DNA of 64,000 nt, from contig DAIRCT010000005.1 of NCBI GenBank assembly GCA_036796535.1, positions 574-64,573 on the forward strand. The letters are read 5' to 3'. The translations under genes and the position numbers were made by a program. This stretch comes from Ignavibacteriaceae bacterium (GTDB lineage Bacteria; Bacteroidota; Ignavibacteria; Ignavibacteriales; Ignavibacteriaceae). The notes under the pieces were generated by a model. That model was not told the origin of the DNA and searched no databases. It saw only the letters and a list, made by a program, of their open reading frames with translations. This document shows positions 1 through 7,785 of the stretch, piece by piece; position 1 is the stretch's first letter; each line of letters starts with the position of its first letter.

Positions 1-11
1 TACGAGAAAAA

Positions 12-1928
12 TTGAAACCAGTATATAAAAATTCCATTTTGATTCTTTTCTTATTTGTTGCTGTATATTTTGCTGCAAACCATTTAAGCAATAAATATTT
101 TATCAATAGAACTTTTAATGGCTGTGTTGATTGTCATGATGAAATGACAGGATTTGAAGAATCGCACTCACCGGGAAAAGTTGGTTGCAATGCTTGTCAT
201 TTAGGAAATCCAAACACATCAATCAAATCGCTTGCTCATAAAGGAATAATTTTAATTCCCGGAAACTTATCTGATGCAAGTAAAACTTGTGGGGTAACAG
301 GTTGTCATCCTGGAATTGCAGAAAGAATTAACAATTCTTTAATGAATACAATGAGCGGAGTAATTTCAGTTAATCGTTTTGCGTTTGATGAATTGGAAAA
401 ACCTGAAGGACACTTTAATGTAAGCGATTTAACTCAATCAAATGCCGATAACCATAACAGAAATCTTTGTGCATCATGTCATCTCGGAAATGAAAAAACT
501 GAATGGGGAGAAATTACTGAATTATCTCGTGGTGGTGGATGCAATGCTTGCCATTTAAATTACAGTGATGAAGCAATTGAACAATTAAAAATTTACAAGA
601 AGACAAAAGACAAAAGTAAAAAGATAAAAGATTTTGAAAATCAAATTGTTCTACCTAGAGTTCACCCCAATTTAAGTTTGAAGATTACTAATAATCATTG
701 TTTTGGATGTCATAGTCGTTCGGGAAGAATTTCTACAAATTATGAGGGCTGGTTTGAAACTCTTGAGGATTGGGATAAAGTCCAACATAATAAGGAATAC
801 AGGCGTTTGATGGATGGGCGGGTGTTTCAAAAAGCAAAAGATGATGTTCATCATCAAGCAGGCATGGAATGTATTGATTGCCACGTTTCGATGGAAATAA
901 TGGGTGATGGAAATTCATATCAACACATGGAAGAAGCAACAAAAGTTCAGTGTATTGATTGTCATTCAAATGAAACCAAATCTATTAGTTATGATGAATT
1001 GGATTTTGAATCAAAAAAAATTGCTGATTTAAGAAATTTGAAAAATGAGGATGAAGAATATTTAGTTACTGAAAAAAATAAAATTCCGATGATCAATACT
1101 TATGTAAATAATGAAAATGAAAAATATTTGATTACAAAATCATCAAATAAAAAACTCTCCTTAAATCCACCTGCAAATATTTGTTCTGAAGGAAAATCTC
1201 ATAAACGATTAAGTTGCAATTCATGCCATACGGAATGGGTTACGCATTGTGTTGGCTGCCATACTGAGTATGATACTAATTTAGAAGGATATGATTTACT
1301 TGATAACAAAGATATTGTTGGAAGCTGGAATGAAGTTCCAAGTGATTTTTATGTTGATTATCCGGTACTTGGGGTTAGAAAAGAAAAATCAGGTAAGGAA
1401 GTTATTGATACTTTTATTCCCGGAATGGTTTTAACAATTGATAAGTTTAAGAATCCACAAAAGAAAATCTTTAAAAGATTATTCGCTCCAACTTTTTCTC
1501 ATACAATCAATAAAGAGGGAAGAAGTTGTAAGTCTTGTCATAATAATCCGCTTGCAATTGGATATGGAAAAGGGAAATTGAGTTATAAAATTGTAAATAA
1601 ACCAATCAACAAACCCAGTTCCTCAAAGGAACTGGGTTTGTCTTCAAATGGTAAGTGGATTTTTGAACCACAATTCTCAAATCACAAAGAAGATAACTTA
1701 CCAAAAGATGCATGGATTGGTTTTCTTAAAACAAGAGATGAATCATCAACTACCAGAACTTATACAAGACCGTTTACAGTTGAAGAGCAGAAACGAATTT
1801 TGTTGGTTGGCGCTTGCTTAACTTGTCATGAGGATGACTCAAAAGTGATGAAAGAAAGTTTATTGGATTTTGGACTGGTACTTCAAAGACTGAGTAAAAA
1901 GTGTTTGTTACCAATAGGACAGTTCTAA
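12..1928 (+). CDS. Membrane-anchored multihaem c-type cytochrome (about 12 haem-binding sites)
   Basis: 638-aa ORF with an N-terminal hydrophobic anchor (ILILFLFVAVYFAA). 11 canonical CxxCH motifs (CVDCH, CNACH x2, CASCH, CFGCH, CIDCH x2, CNSCH, CVGCH, CKSCH, CLTCH) plus one CGVTGCH (CX4CH). TTG start at 12. The frame is open to the window edge, so the true 5' end could lie upstream. Confidence 0.85.
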   Translation: MKPVYKNSILILFLFVAVYFAANHLSNKYFINRTFNGCVDCHDEMTGFEESHSPGKVGCNACHLGNPNTSIKSLAHKGIILIPGNLSDASKTCGVTGCHPGIAERINNSLMNTMSGVISVNRFAFDELEKPEGHFNVSDLTQSNADNHNRNLCASCHLGNEKTEWGEITELSRGGGCNACHLNYSDEAIEQLKIYKKTKDKSKKIKDFENQIVLPRVHPNLSLKITNNHCFGCHSRSGRISTNYEGWFETLEDWDKVQHNKEYRRLMDGRVFQKAKDDVHHQAGMECIDCHVSMEIMGDGNSYQHMEEATKVQCIDCHSNETKSISYDELDFESKKIADLRNLKNEDEEYLVTEKNKIPMINTYVNNENEKYLITKSSNKKLSLNPPANICSEGKSHKRLSCNSCHTEWVTHCVGCHTEYDTNLEGYDLLDNKDIVGSWNEVPSDFYVDYPVLGVRKEKSGKEVIDTFIPGMVLTIDKFKNPQKKIFKRLFAPTFSHTINKEGRSCKSCHNNPLAIGYGKGKLSYKIVNKPINKPSSSKELGLSSNGKWIFEPQFSNHKEDNLPKDAWIGFLKTRDESSTTRTYTRPFTVEEQKRILLVGACLTCHEDDSKVMKESLLDFGLVLQRLSKKCLLPIGQF

Positions 1929-1960
1929 AAATCCAGAAATTAAAAAAAACTACTCCTGCA

Positions 1961-2212
1961 GTTAAGAAACACGCAGACTGAAGTCTGCGCTACGAAATTC
2001 AAATACTATCGTAACTCAGACTTTAGTCTGAGAATAAACTTTAAACATTTAACAAACAAGCAGATTGATGTCTGCGCTACGAAATTCAAATACTAATCGT
2101 AACTCAGACTTTAGCCTGAGAATAAACTTTAAACATTTAACAAACAAGCAGATTGATGTCTGCGCTACGAAATTCAAATACTATCGTAACTCAGACTTTA
2201 GTCTGAGAATGA
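1961..2212. repeat. Tandem repeat, 87-88 bp unit x ~2.8, each unit carrying two CAGAC-N4-GTCTG hairpin palindromes
   Basis: Units at 1973-2059, 2060-2147 and 2148-~2210. About 4 differences between units 1 and 2 by hand alignment. Hairpins are GCAGACtgaaGTCTGC and CTCAGACtttaGTCTGAG. Confidence 0.9.
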
Positions 2213-2394
2213 ACTATTAATTGTTACCACAAAAATATTAAATCAATTCAAGTGTCATTACTATTGATAATTAGATTTATATAAGTATTTCTAATTTATT
2301 AGAAAAAAATCTATCGGTCTCTAAGAAATGAAAAACACAATAATCAAAAACATCAAAAATAAATTAAAATCAAATGATTGATCTGGCAGAAAAG

Positions 2395-2423
2395 TTGGTA
2401 TTTATAAATATCAACATTTTAAT
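2395..2423 (+). promoter_or_regulatory. Candidate sigma70-type promoter (TTGGTA-17 nt-TTTAAT) overlapping a 20-bp near-perfect palindrome, possible MerR-type operator
   Basis: TTGGTATTTA|TAAATATCAA at 2395-2414 has 9/10 half-site symmetry. A -10-like TTTAAT lies at 2418-2423, about 10 nt upstream of ATG 2433. AT-rich palindromes arise easily by chance in this DNA. Confidence 0.3.
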
Positions 2424-2432
2424 TTGCTTTAA

Positions 2433-2882
2433 ATGCACTACGAAATTCCTAAAGATGAACCTGTTTACCCGATAAGAATAGCGGCTAAGCTACTTAATAT
2501 TTCCGTTCATACTTTAAGAATGTACGAGAAAGAAAATCTCATCCTTCCATATAAAAAATCAACAAGCCATAGACTTTACTCCCAGTATGATATAGATAGA
2601 ATTAAATGTATCCGTTCGGCTATAAATGAGTCCAAGATTAGCATAAATGGAATTAAAGCAATTTACTCCATGATGCCTTGTTGGGAAGTGATGCATTGTC
2701 CAATAGAAGATAGAAATAATTGTAATGGTTTCTTAAATCATACTGAACCTTGTTGGGCAGTAAAGGGAAAACAATCAGAATGCACTTCTAATGAATGCAG
2801 AAATTGCACTGTATACAAAGATTATGGTGATTGCGGAAGTATTAAAAATTTTATAAGAACTAAATTATCGAGCTTAAAATGA
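2433..2882 (+). CDS. MerR-family transcriptional regulator with C-terminal Cys-rich (two CW motifs) sensor-like domain
   Basis: 149 aa. The N-terminal MerR-type HTH is YPIRIAAKLLNISVHTLRMYEKENLILP...RLYSQYDIDRIKCIR. The C-terminal 60 aa contain 9 Cys, including PCWEVMHC and PCWAVKG, then C-x5-C-x2-C. 4-nt overlap with the downstream molybdoenzyme gene. Confidence 0.8.
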   Translation: MHYEIPKDEPVYPIRIAAKLLNISVHTLRMYEKENLILPYKKSTSHRLYSQYDIDRIKCIRSAINESKISINGIKAIYSMMPCWEVMHCPIEDRNNCNGFLNHTEPCWAVKGKQSECTSNECRNCTVYKDYGDCGSIKNFIRTKLSSLK

Positions 2883-5077
2883 ATTCAATCTCACGAAGAA
2901 AATTTTTAAAGATATCAGGTGCAACGGTTGTAACTGCGGCTGCTCTTGCCGGATCAGCAAAATCAATTGTTAATGCAGCTGAAAGTTATTCAAAACCAAA
3001 AGGATTACAGATTATTCCGAGCTACTGCGATTTATGTTTTTGGAAATGCGGCTTACTTGCTTATGTAAAAGACGGCGAACTCTGGAAAGTTGAAGGCAAT
3101 CCAAAAGATCCTTTAAGTAATGGCAGACTTTGCCCAAGAGGTACTGGCGGAGTTGGTGCGCACTTTGATAAAGAAAGATTAAAATCACCGTTGATAAGAA
3201 AAAGCGAGCGTGGTGAAGAGAAGTGGGTCGAAGTAACCTGGAATGAAGCTTTCGATTACATAGCCGATAAGATGAATAAAATGAAAGCCACCTATGGACC
3301 AGAAGCAATGGCACTTTTCTCTCACGGTATTGGCGGAAGTTTCATCAAACATCTTTTACGCGCCTATGGATCACCAAATGAAACCGCTCCAAGTTTTGCA
3401 CAATGCAGGGGACCACGGGAAGTTGGATTTGAATTAACTTTTGGAGATGTAGTGGGTTCACCGGAAAGAACTGATATTGAAAACGCTAAGTGTATTGTTC
3501 TTATCGGTTCACATCTTGGTGAAAATATGCACAACACACAAGTGCAGGAGTTTTCCCGTGCGGTAGAAAAACATGCCTCAATCATAGTTGTCGATCCGAG
3601 ATTTTCAGTAGCAGCAAGCAAAGCAAAATATTATTTGCCAATTAAGCCTGGAACCGATTTAGCTTTATTACTTGCATGGATGTCAGTTATAGTAAACGAA
3701 AAACTTTATGATGCTGATTACATTTCAAAATATGGAATTGGCTTTGAACAATTTGCAGCAGAAGTTTCTCAGTACACTCCAGAATGGGCGTATGTTGAAA
3801 CAGGAATTGATCCTGAAATTATTAGAGAAACTGCTCGTGAGATGGCAAGATATAAACCCGCAACTCTTGTTCATCCCGGAAGACACGCAACTTGGTATGG
3901 TGATGATGCTCAGAGAAGCCGTGCTATCGCACTTCTTAATGCGTTGATGGGAAGTTGGGGAAGAAAAGGCGGTTTATATGTACCATACACATTTTCAATT
4001 CCAAAATATCCATATCCGCCTTATCCAGAATTAAAAAAAGAACCACTTGATAATCCAAATAAAAAATATCCTTTTGCAACCGGTGAACAAATATCAACCG
4101 GAATTAGAGAGGCAACAATTACAGGGCAGCCGTATCCAATTAAAGGATGGTTTATTTATGGAACCAATTTAATGCAGGCATTACCAAATAGAGATGAAAC
4201 GATTAAAGCTATACAAAATTTGGATTTAATGGTTGTTGTTGATGTTATACCAAGTGAGATAGCAGGTTGGGCAGATGTCGTTCTTCCGGAATCCGTTTAC
4301 TTAGAAAGGTATGATGATTTGAATGCCTCACCATTCAGAGAAGGATTTGTTGGAATAAGACAACCAGTTGTGGATTCACCGAATGATCAAAAACCAAATT
4401 GGTGGATTGCAAAAAAACTTGCTGAGAAACTTGGTCTTGGAGCATACTTTCCGTGGAAAGATATTGAAGAATATTTGGATACAAGATTAAAACTTGCCGG
4501 CCACTCGCTTGATGAAATTAAAAAAGAAGGAATAATAAAAGGGCCTAAAAAACCGATATACTTTGAGGATGGAGTAGAACCAGAATTCGCAACTCCATCA
4601 GGGAAGATTGAATTTTATTCCTCACAACTTGCAGAAGCTGGTTTTGATCCTGTTCCCAGATACACAAAACATCCAGAACCACCGGCTGGATATTTTAGAT
4701 TGCTTTATGGTCGTGCACCGGTACATACTTTTAGTAAAACACAATCTAATCCAGTTCTTGCTGATATGATGAGTGAAAATGAATTATGGGTTAATGCCGA
4801 TCTTGCAGAAAGATATGGAATAAAAAATGGAGATAGTATAAAATTAAAAAACCAGGATGGCGTGGTCAGTGATCCTATCAAAGTAAAAGCTACTGAAAGA
4901 ATAAGACAGGATTGTGTTTTTATGGTTCACGGCTTCGGGCAAAAATCCAGACAACTGCGAAGCACTTATAAAAAAGGTGCAAGTGATGCAGAGCTTGTTA
5001 CAAAATATAATACTGATCCACTCATGGGAGGAACTGCAATGAATGTGAACTTCGTAACTTTTGAGATGGAGGTGTAA
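2879..5077 (+). CDS. Tat-exported molybdopterin (bis-MGD) oxidoreductase catalytic subunit, PsrA/PhsA-like (polysulfide/thiosulfate reductase family); substrate not determinable from sequence
   Basis: 732 aa. Twin-arginine signal SRRKFLKISGATVVTAAALAGSA. 4Fe-4S motif C50-x2-C53-x3-C57-x27-C85 (CDLCFWKCG...GRLCPRG). Candidate Mo-ligand Cys176 (SFAQCRGPR). Followed by FeS and NrfD-type subunits. Confidence 0.85.
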   Translation: MNSISRRKFLKISGATVVTAAALAGSAKSIVNAAESYSKPKGLQIIPSYCDLCFWKCGLLAYVKDGELWKVEGNPKDPLSNGRLCPRGTGGVGAHFDKERLKSPLIRKSERGEEKWVEVTWNEAFDYIADKMNKMKATYGPEAMALFSHGIGGSFIKHLLRAYGSPNETAPSFAQCRGPREVGFELTFGDVVGSPERTDIENAKCIVLIGSHLGENMHNTQVQEFSRAVEKHASIIVVDPRFSVAASKAKYYLPIKPGTDLALLLAWMSVIVNEKLYDADYISKYGIGFEQFAAEVSQYTPEWAYVETGIDPEIIRETAREMARYKPATLVHPGRHATWYGDDAQRSRAIALLNALMGSWGRKGGLYVPYTFSIPKYPYPPYPELKKEPLDNPNKKYPFATGEQISTGIREATITGQPYPIKGWFIYGTNLMQALPNRDETIKAIQNLDLMVVVDVIPSEIAGWADVVLPESVYLERYDDLNASPFREGFVGIRQPVVDSPNDQKPNWWIAKKLAEKLGLGAYFPWKDIEEYLDTRLKLAGHSLDEIKKEGIIKGPKKPIYFEDGVEPEFATPSGKIEFYSSQLAEAGFDPVPRYTKHPEPPAGYFRLLYGRAPVHTFSKTQSNPVLADMMSENELWVNADLAERYGIKNGDSIKLKNQDGVVSDPIKVKATERIRQDCVFMVHGFGQKSRQLRSTYKKGASDAELVTKYNTDPLMGGTAMNVNFVTFEMEV

Positions 5078-5078
5078 G

Positions 5079-5618
5079 ATGCCAAGATACGGAATGGTAA
5101 TAGATACTCGTAAATGTGTTGGATGCCAGGATTGTGTTATTGCTTGCAAAACTGAGAATCGTATTCCTGAAGGTTACAATAGAGATTGGATCGTTACAGA
5201 ATCACACGGAAAATTTCCTGATATACAATTAGAAATAAGAACCGAAAGATGTAATCATTGTTCTGAAACACCTTGCGTAAGCTGCTGTCCAACAGGTGCA
5301 AGTCATATCCACGATGTTGGCGGAGTTGTGCTAATAACACACGAAAAATGTATTGGATGTAAAGCTTGCGTTGAAGCTTGTCCTTATGATGCAAGATATA
5401 TTCATCCAGATGGTTATGCTGATAAATGTACGTTCTGTATCCACAGAGTTGAAAAGGGTGAGAAGCCCGCTTGTGTAGAAGTTTGTCCAACCTATTGTAT
5501 GCACTTTGGTGATTTAGATGATCCAAACAGTGAAGTGAGCAAGTTGCTTCAATCACGCAAATGGCATGTTAATCTTGCTGATGCTGGAACACAACCAAAT
5601 ATATTTTATTTAGTTTGA
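5079..5618 (+). CDS. 4Fe-4S ferredoxin-type electron-transfer subunit (PsrB/PhsB-like)
   Basis: Four Cys clusters (CVGCQDCVIAC, CNHCSETPCVSCCP, CIGCKACVEACP, CTFC...CVEVCP). ATG at 5079 is preceded by GGAGG. The ORF-track TTG at 5061 lies inside the psrA-like gene. Confidence 0.9.
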   Translation: MPRYGMVIDTRKCVGCQDCVIACKTENRIPEGYNRDWIVTESHGKFPDIQLEIRTERCNHCSETPCVSCCPTGASHIHDVGGVVLITHEKCIGCKACVEACPYDARYIHPDGYADKCTFCIHRVEKGEKPACVEVCPTYCMHFGDLDDPNSEVSKLLQSRKWHVNLADAGTQPNIFYLV

Positions 5619-5629
5619 GGAATTTTTGT

Positions 5630-6586
5630 ATGAATGATTTAATAGAATTAACAACTACACGAAATAATCCTCACGTTGATCCATTTATGGCAATGTGGGA
5701 ATGGCAAATTCCGGTTTATCTTTTCCTTGGCGGAATGGTTGCAGGAATGATGATAATTGCCGGCTACTTTTTATTCAGCGGCAGACACAAAGAATCAAAC
5801 TGTGCTTGCTTTTCTATTCCAACTATAAGTATTGTATTATTAAGCATTGGAATGTTTGCTTTGTTTTTAGATTTAGCTCATAAACTTTATGTGTGGAGGT
5901 TGTACACAACATTTCAATTCAAATCTCCAATGTCCTGGGGTGCCTGGATTTTGATTTTGGTTTACCCCGCACTGATAGCAAACATTTTAATTCGTCCTTC
6001 TGCATGGATGTTAAAAATTTACCCTAAACTTTCTGAGTGGGCGGGCAAAATAAATCAACATCCATTTCTTATTAAGAACATTGGAATTCTAAATATGATC
6101 TTAGGATTGATGCTTGGTGCTTACACAGGCGTATTGCTAAGTTCTATGGGTTCACGTCCGTTATGGAATACGTCTTTATTGTGGGTATTATTTCTTGTAT
6201 CAGGATTATCAGCTGCTGCAGCATTTGTTCATCTCTTTGCAAAAAATAAAGCTGAAAGCGAATTGCTTGCAAAAGCTGATAATGGTTTTCTTATAGTTGA
6301 ACTTTTCATTTTTGTGATGATGTTTCTTGGATTTTTATCGGCACCAAAACCTCATTTTGAAGCTGCTAAACTTCTATTAAGTGGTGCATACGCACCAGTC
6401 TTTTGGGTTTTTGTAATTGGACTTGGAATTGTAATTCCACTAATTATTCAACTGCTTGCAGTTAATCATAAAATTCGTCACACAGCAATCGCACCAACAA
6501 TGGTAATTGTTGGCGGATTGATTTTAAGATTTGTAATTGTTTCGGCAGGGCAATACAGCCACTGGTTTAACGCACATTTTCATTAA
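5630..6586 (+). CDS. NrfD/PsrC-type integral membrane quinol-interacting subunit
   Basis: About 318 aa, roughly 8 hydrophobic helices, third position in a PsrABC-type operon. ATG at 5630; the alternative TTG at 5615 overlaps the psrB-like stop. Confidence 0.8.
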   Translation: MNDLIELTTTRNNPHVDPFMAMWEWQIPVYLFLGGMVAGMMIIAGYFLFSGRHKESNCACFSIPTISIVLLSIGMFALFLDLAHKLYVWRLYTTFQFKSPMSWGAWILILVYPALIANILIRPSAWMLKIYPKLSEWAGKINQHPFLIKNIGILNMILGLMLGAYTGVLLSSMGSRPLWNTSLLWVLFLVSGLSAAAAFVHLFAKNKAESELLAKADNGFLIVELFIFVMMFLGFLSAPKPHFEAAKLLLSGAYAPVFWVFVIGLGIVIPLIIQLLAVNHKIRHTAIAPTMVIVGGLILRFVIVSAGQYSHWFNAHFH

Positions 6587-6601
6587 TGGAGTATTAACAA
6601 A

Positions 6602-7183
6602 ATGACATCTTTAATTAAAAGTATCACTCACATTTTCGAAAAGGATGAAAGTCATGTTCACCTTGAGATTAAAGCTCAACCATACTGGAATCCTTACTTA
6701 ACCGGCATTGGACTTGGCCTGGTGCTTCTTGCTGCTTATGTAATAATGGGCAGAGGACTTGGAGCTTCAGGTGCAGTTTCAACAGTGGTTGCTGTTGGTG
6801 TAAACACAATTGCACCAGAGCACGCCTCTGGAAATCAGTTTTATACTGAATATCTTGGCGATGGAAAAACAAATCCATTAAAAGATTGGTTAGTATTTGA
6901 AGTACTTGGTGTGATTGCCGGTGGATTTTTATCCGGTACACTTGCACATAGAGTAAAAAAGGGAATTGACAAAGGTCCACGTGTTTCAAATCGCACAAGA
7001 TTAATTTATGCTTTTATTGGCGGTGGTTTGATGGGCTTCGGTGCAAAGCTTGCACGTGGATGCACAAGTGGTCAGGCACTATCTGGCGGAGCCATTTTAA
7101 ACCTTGGCAGCTGGGCATTTATGATGATGATTTTTGCCGGCGGATATGCCGCAGCATATTTTATGAGGAGGCAATGGTTATGA
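6602..7183 (+). CDS. YeeE/YedE-family (sulfur/thiosulfate transport component) half-size protein 1
   Basis: 193 aa, polytopic, Gly-rich helices, conserved-looking motif GAKLARGCTSGQALSGG. Confidence 0.75.
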   Translation: MTSLIKSITHIFEKDESHVHLEIKAQPYWNPYLTGIGLGLVLLAAYVIMGRGLGASGAVSTVVAVGVNTIAPEHASGNQFYTEYLGDGKTNPLKDWLVFEVLGVIAGGFLSGTLAHRVKKGIDKGPRVSNRTRLIYAFIGGGLMGFGAKLARGCTSGQALSGGAILNLGSWAFMMMIFAGGYAAAYFMRRQWL

Positions 7184-7785
7184 ACGCACCATTTTTCAAA
7201 TTTGGATTATTTAGTTCAGACGTAAGTCTAATTATCGCATTCATAATTGGAATCGGTTTTGGATTTATGCTAGAACGCGGAGGATTTGGAAGCGCAAAAA
7301 TTCTTGCAGCTCAATTCTACTTCAGTAATATGCGTGTTCTTAAAGTTATGTTCTCGGCAATTGTAACAGCGATGATAGGAATTTATTTTTTGTCTGTAAT
7401 CGGCTTTATGGATTTATCATTAATATATGTTAGTAACACTTACATAATCCCGCAAGTATTAGGCGGATTAATACTCGGTGTTGGATTTGTAATCGGTGGA
7501 TACTGTCCAGGCACATCAATGGTTGCCTTTTCAACAGGTAAGATTGATGGGTTTGTTTATGTGCTTGGATTATTTGCAGGTATTTTTGTTTTTGGTGAGA
7601 TGTTCCCGTTGTTTACAAATTTCTATTACTCCACTGATATGGGCAGTGTAACTATTCCTTCATTCCTTGGATTGTCTTACGGATTAGTTGTTTTCTTGGT
7701 AATATTAATGGCTATCGGAGCATTTGCTGCGGCAGAGTGGAGCGAGAAAAAATTTGCTGATAGAAATCCGGAGAAAAATTTATGA
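7174..7785 (+). CDS. YeeE/YedE-family half-size protein 2
   Basis: Polytopic, motif IGGYCPGTSMVA. Start taken at ATG 7174 or 7180, after GAGGAGG. The ORF-track start 7060 would overlap the upstream gene by 124 nt in another frame. Confidence 0.75.
   Translation: MVMNAPFFKFGLFSSDVSLIIAFIIGIGFGFMLERGGFGSAKILAAQFYFSNMRVLKVMFSAIVTAMIGIYFLSVIGFMDLSLIYVSNTYIIPQVLGGLILGVGFVIGGYCPGTSMVAFSTGKIDGFVYVLGLFAGIFVFGEMFPLFTNFYYSTDMGSVTIPSFLGLSYGLVVFLVILMAIGAFAAAEWSEKKFADRNPEKNL

Noticed and set aside
1973-2212. Possible CRISPR array, given regular hairpin-containing repeats
   Set aside because: The inter-hairpin 'spacers' are themselves repeated almost identically, so this is a tandem duplication of a whole 87-88 bp unit. 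There are only ~2.8 units and no cas genes in the window.
2431-2447. A 15-nt match with one mismatch between the tandem-repeat tail (TGCGCTACGAAATTC) and the merR-like start region (TGCACTACGAAATTC), hinting that the gene start was remodelled by a repeat copy
   Set aside because: The similarity does not extend to the adjacent hairpin modules on either side. A single short match in AT-rich DNA is not enough. It is kept only as a note for anyone building a family model.
2879-5077. Selenocysteine (in-frame TGA) recoding in the molybdoenzyme
   Set aside because: The ORF is uninterrupted and a Cys (C176) occupies the expected Mo-ligand region. There is no in-frame TGA and no SECIS-like need.
5061-5078. 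TTG-initiated extension of the psrB-like gene, and likewise TTG 5615 for the psrC-like gene
   Set aside because: ATG 5079 follows GGAGG and starts the typical MPRYGMVID ferredoxin-subunit N-terminus. ATG 5630 is the first ATG after the psrB-like stop.
7060-7173. Upstream extension of the second YeeE/YedE gene (ORF-track start 7060)
   Set aside because: It would overlap the first YeeE/YedE gene by 124 nt in another frame. The hydrophobic protein proper begins at MVMNAPFF, after a GAGGAGG SD.
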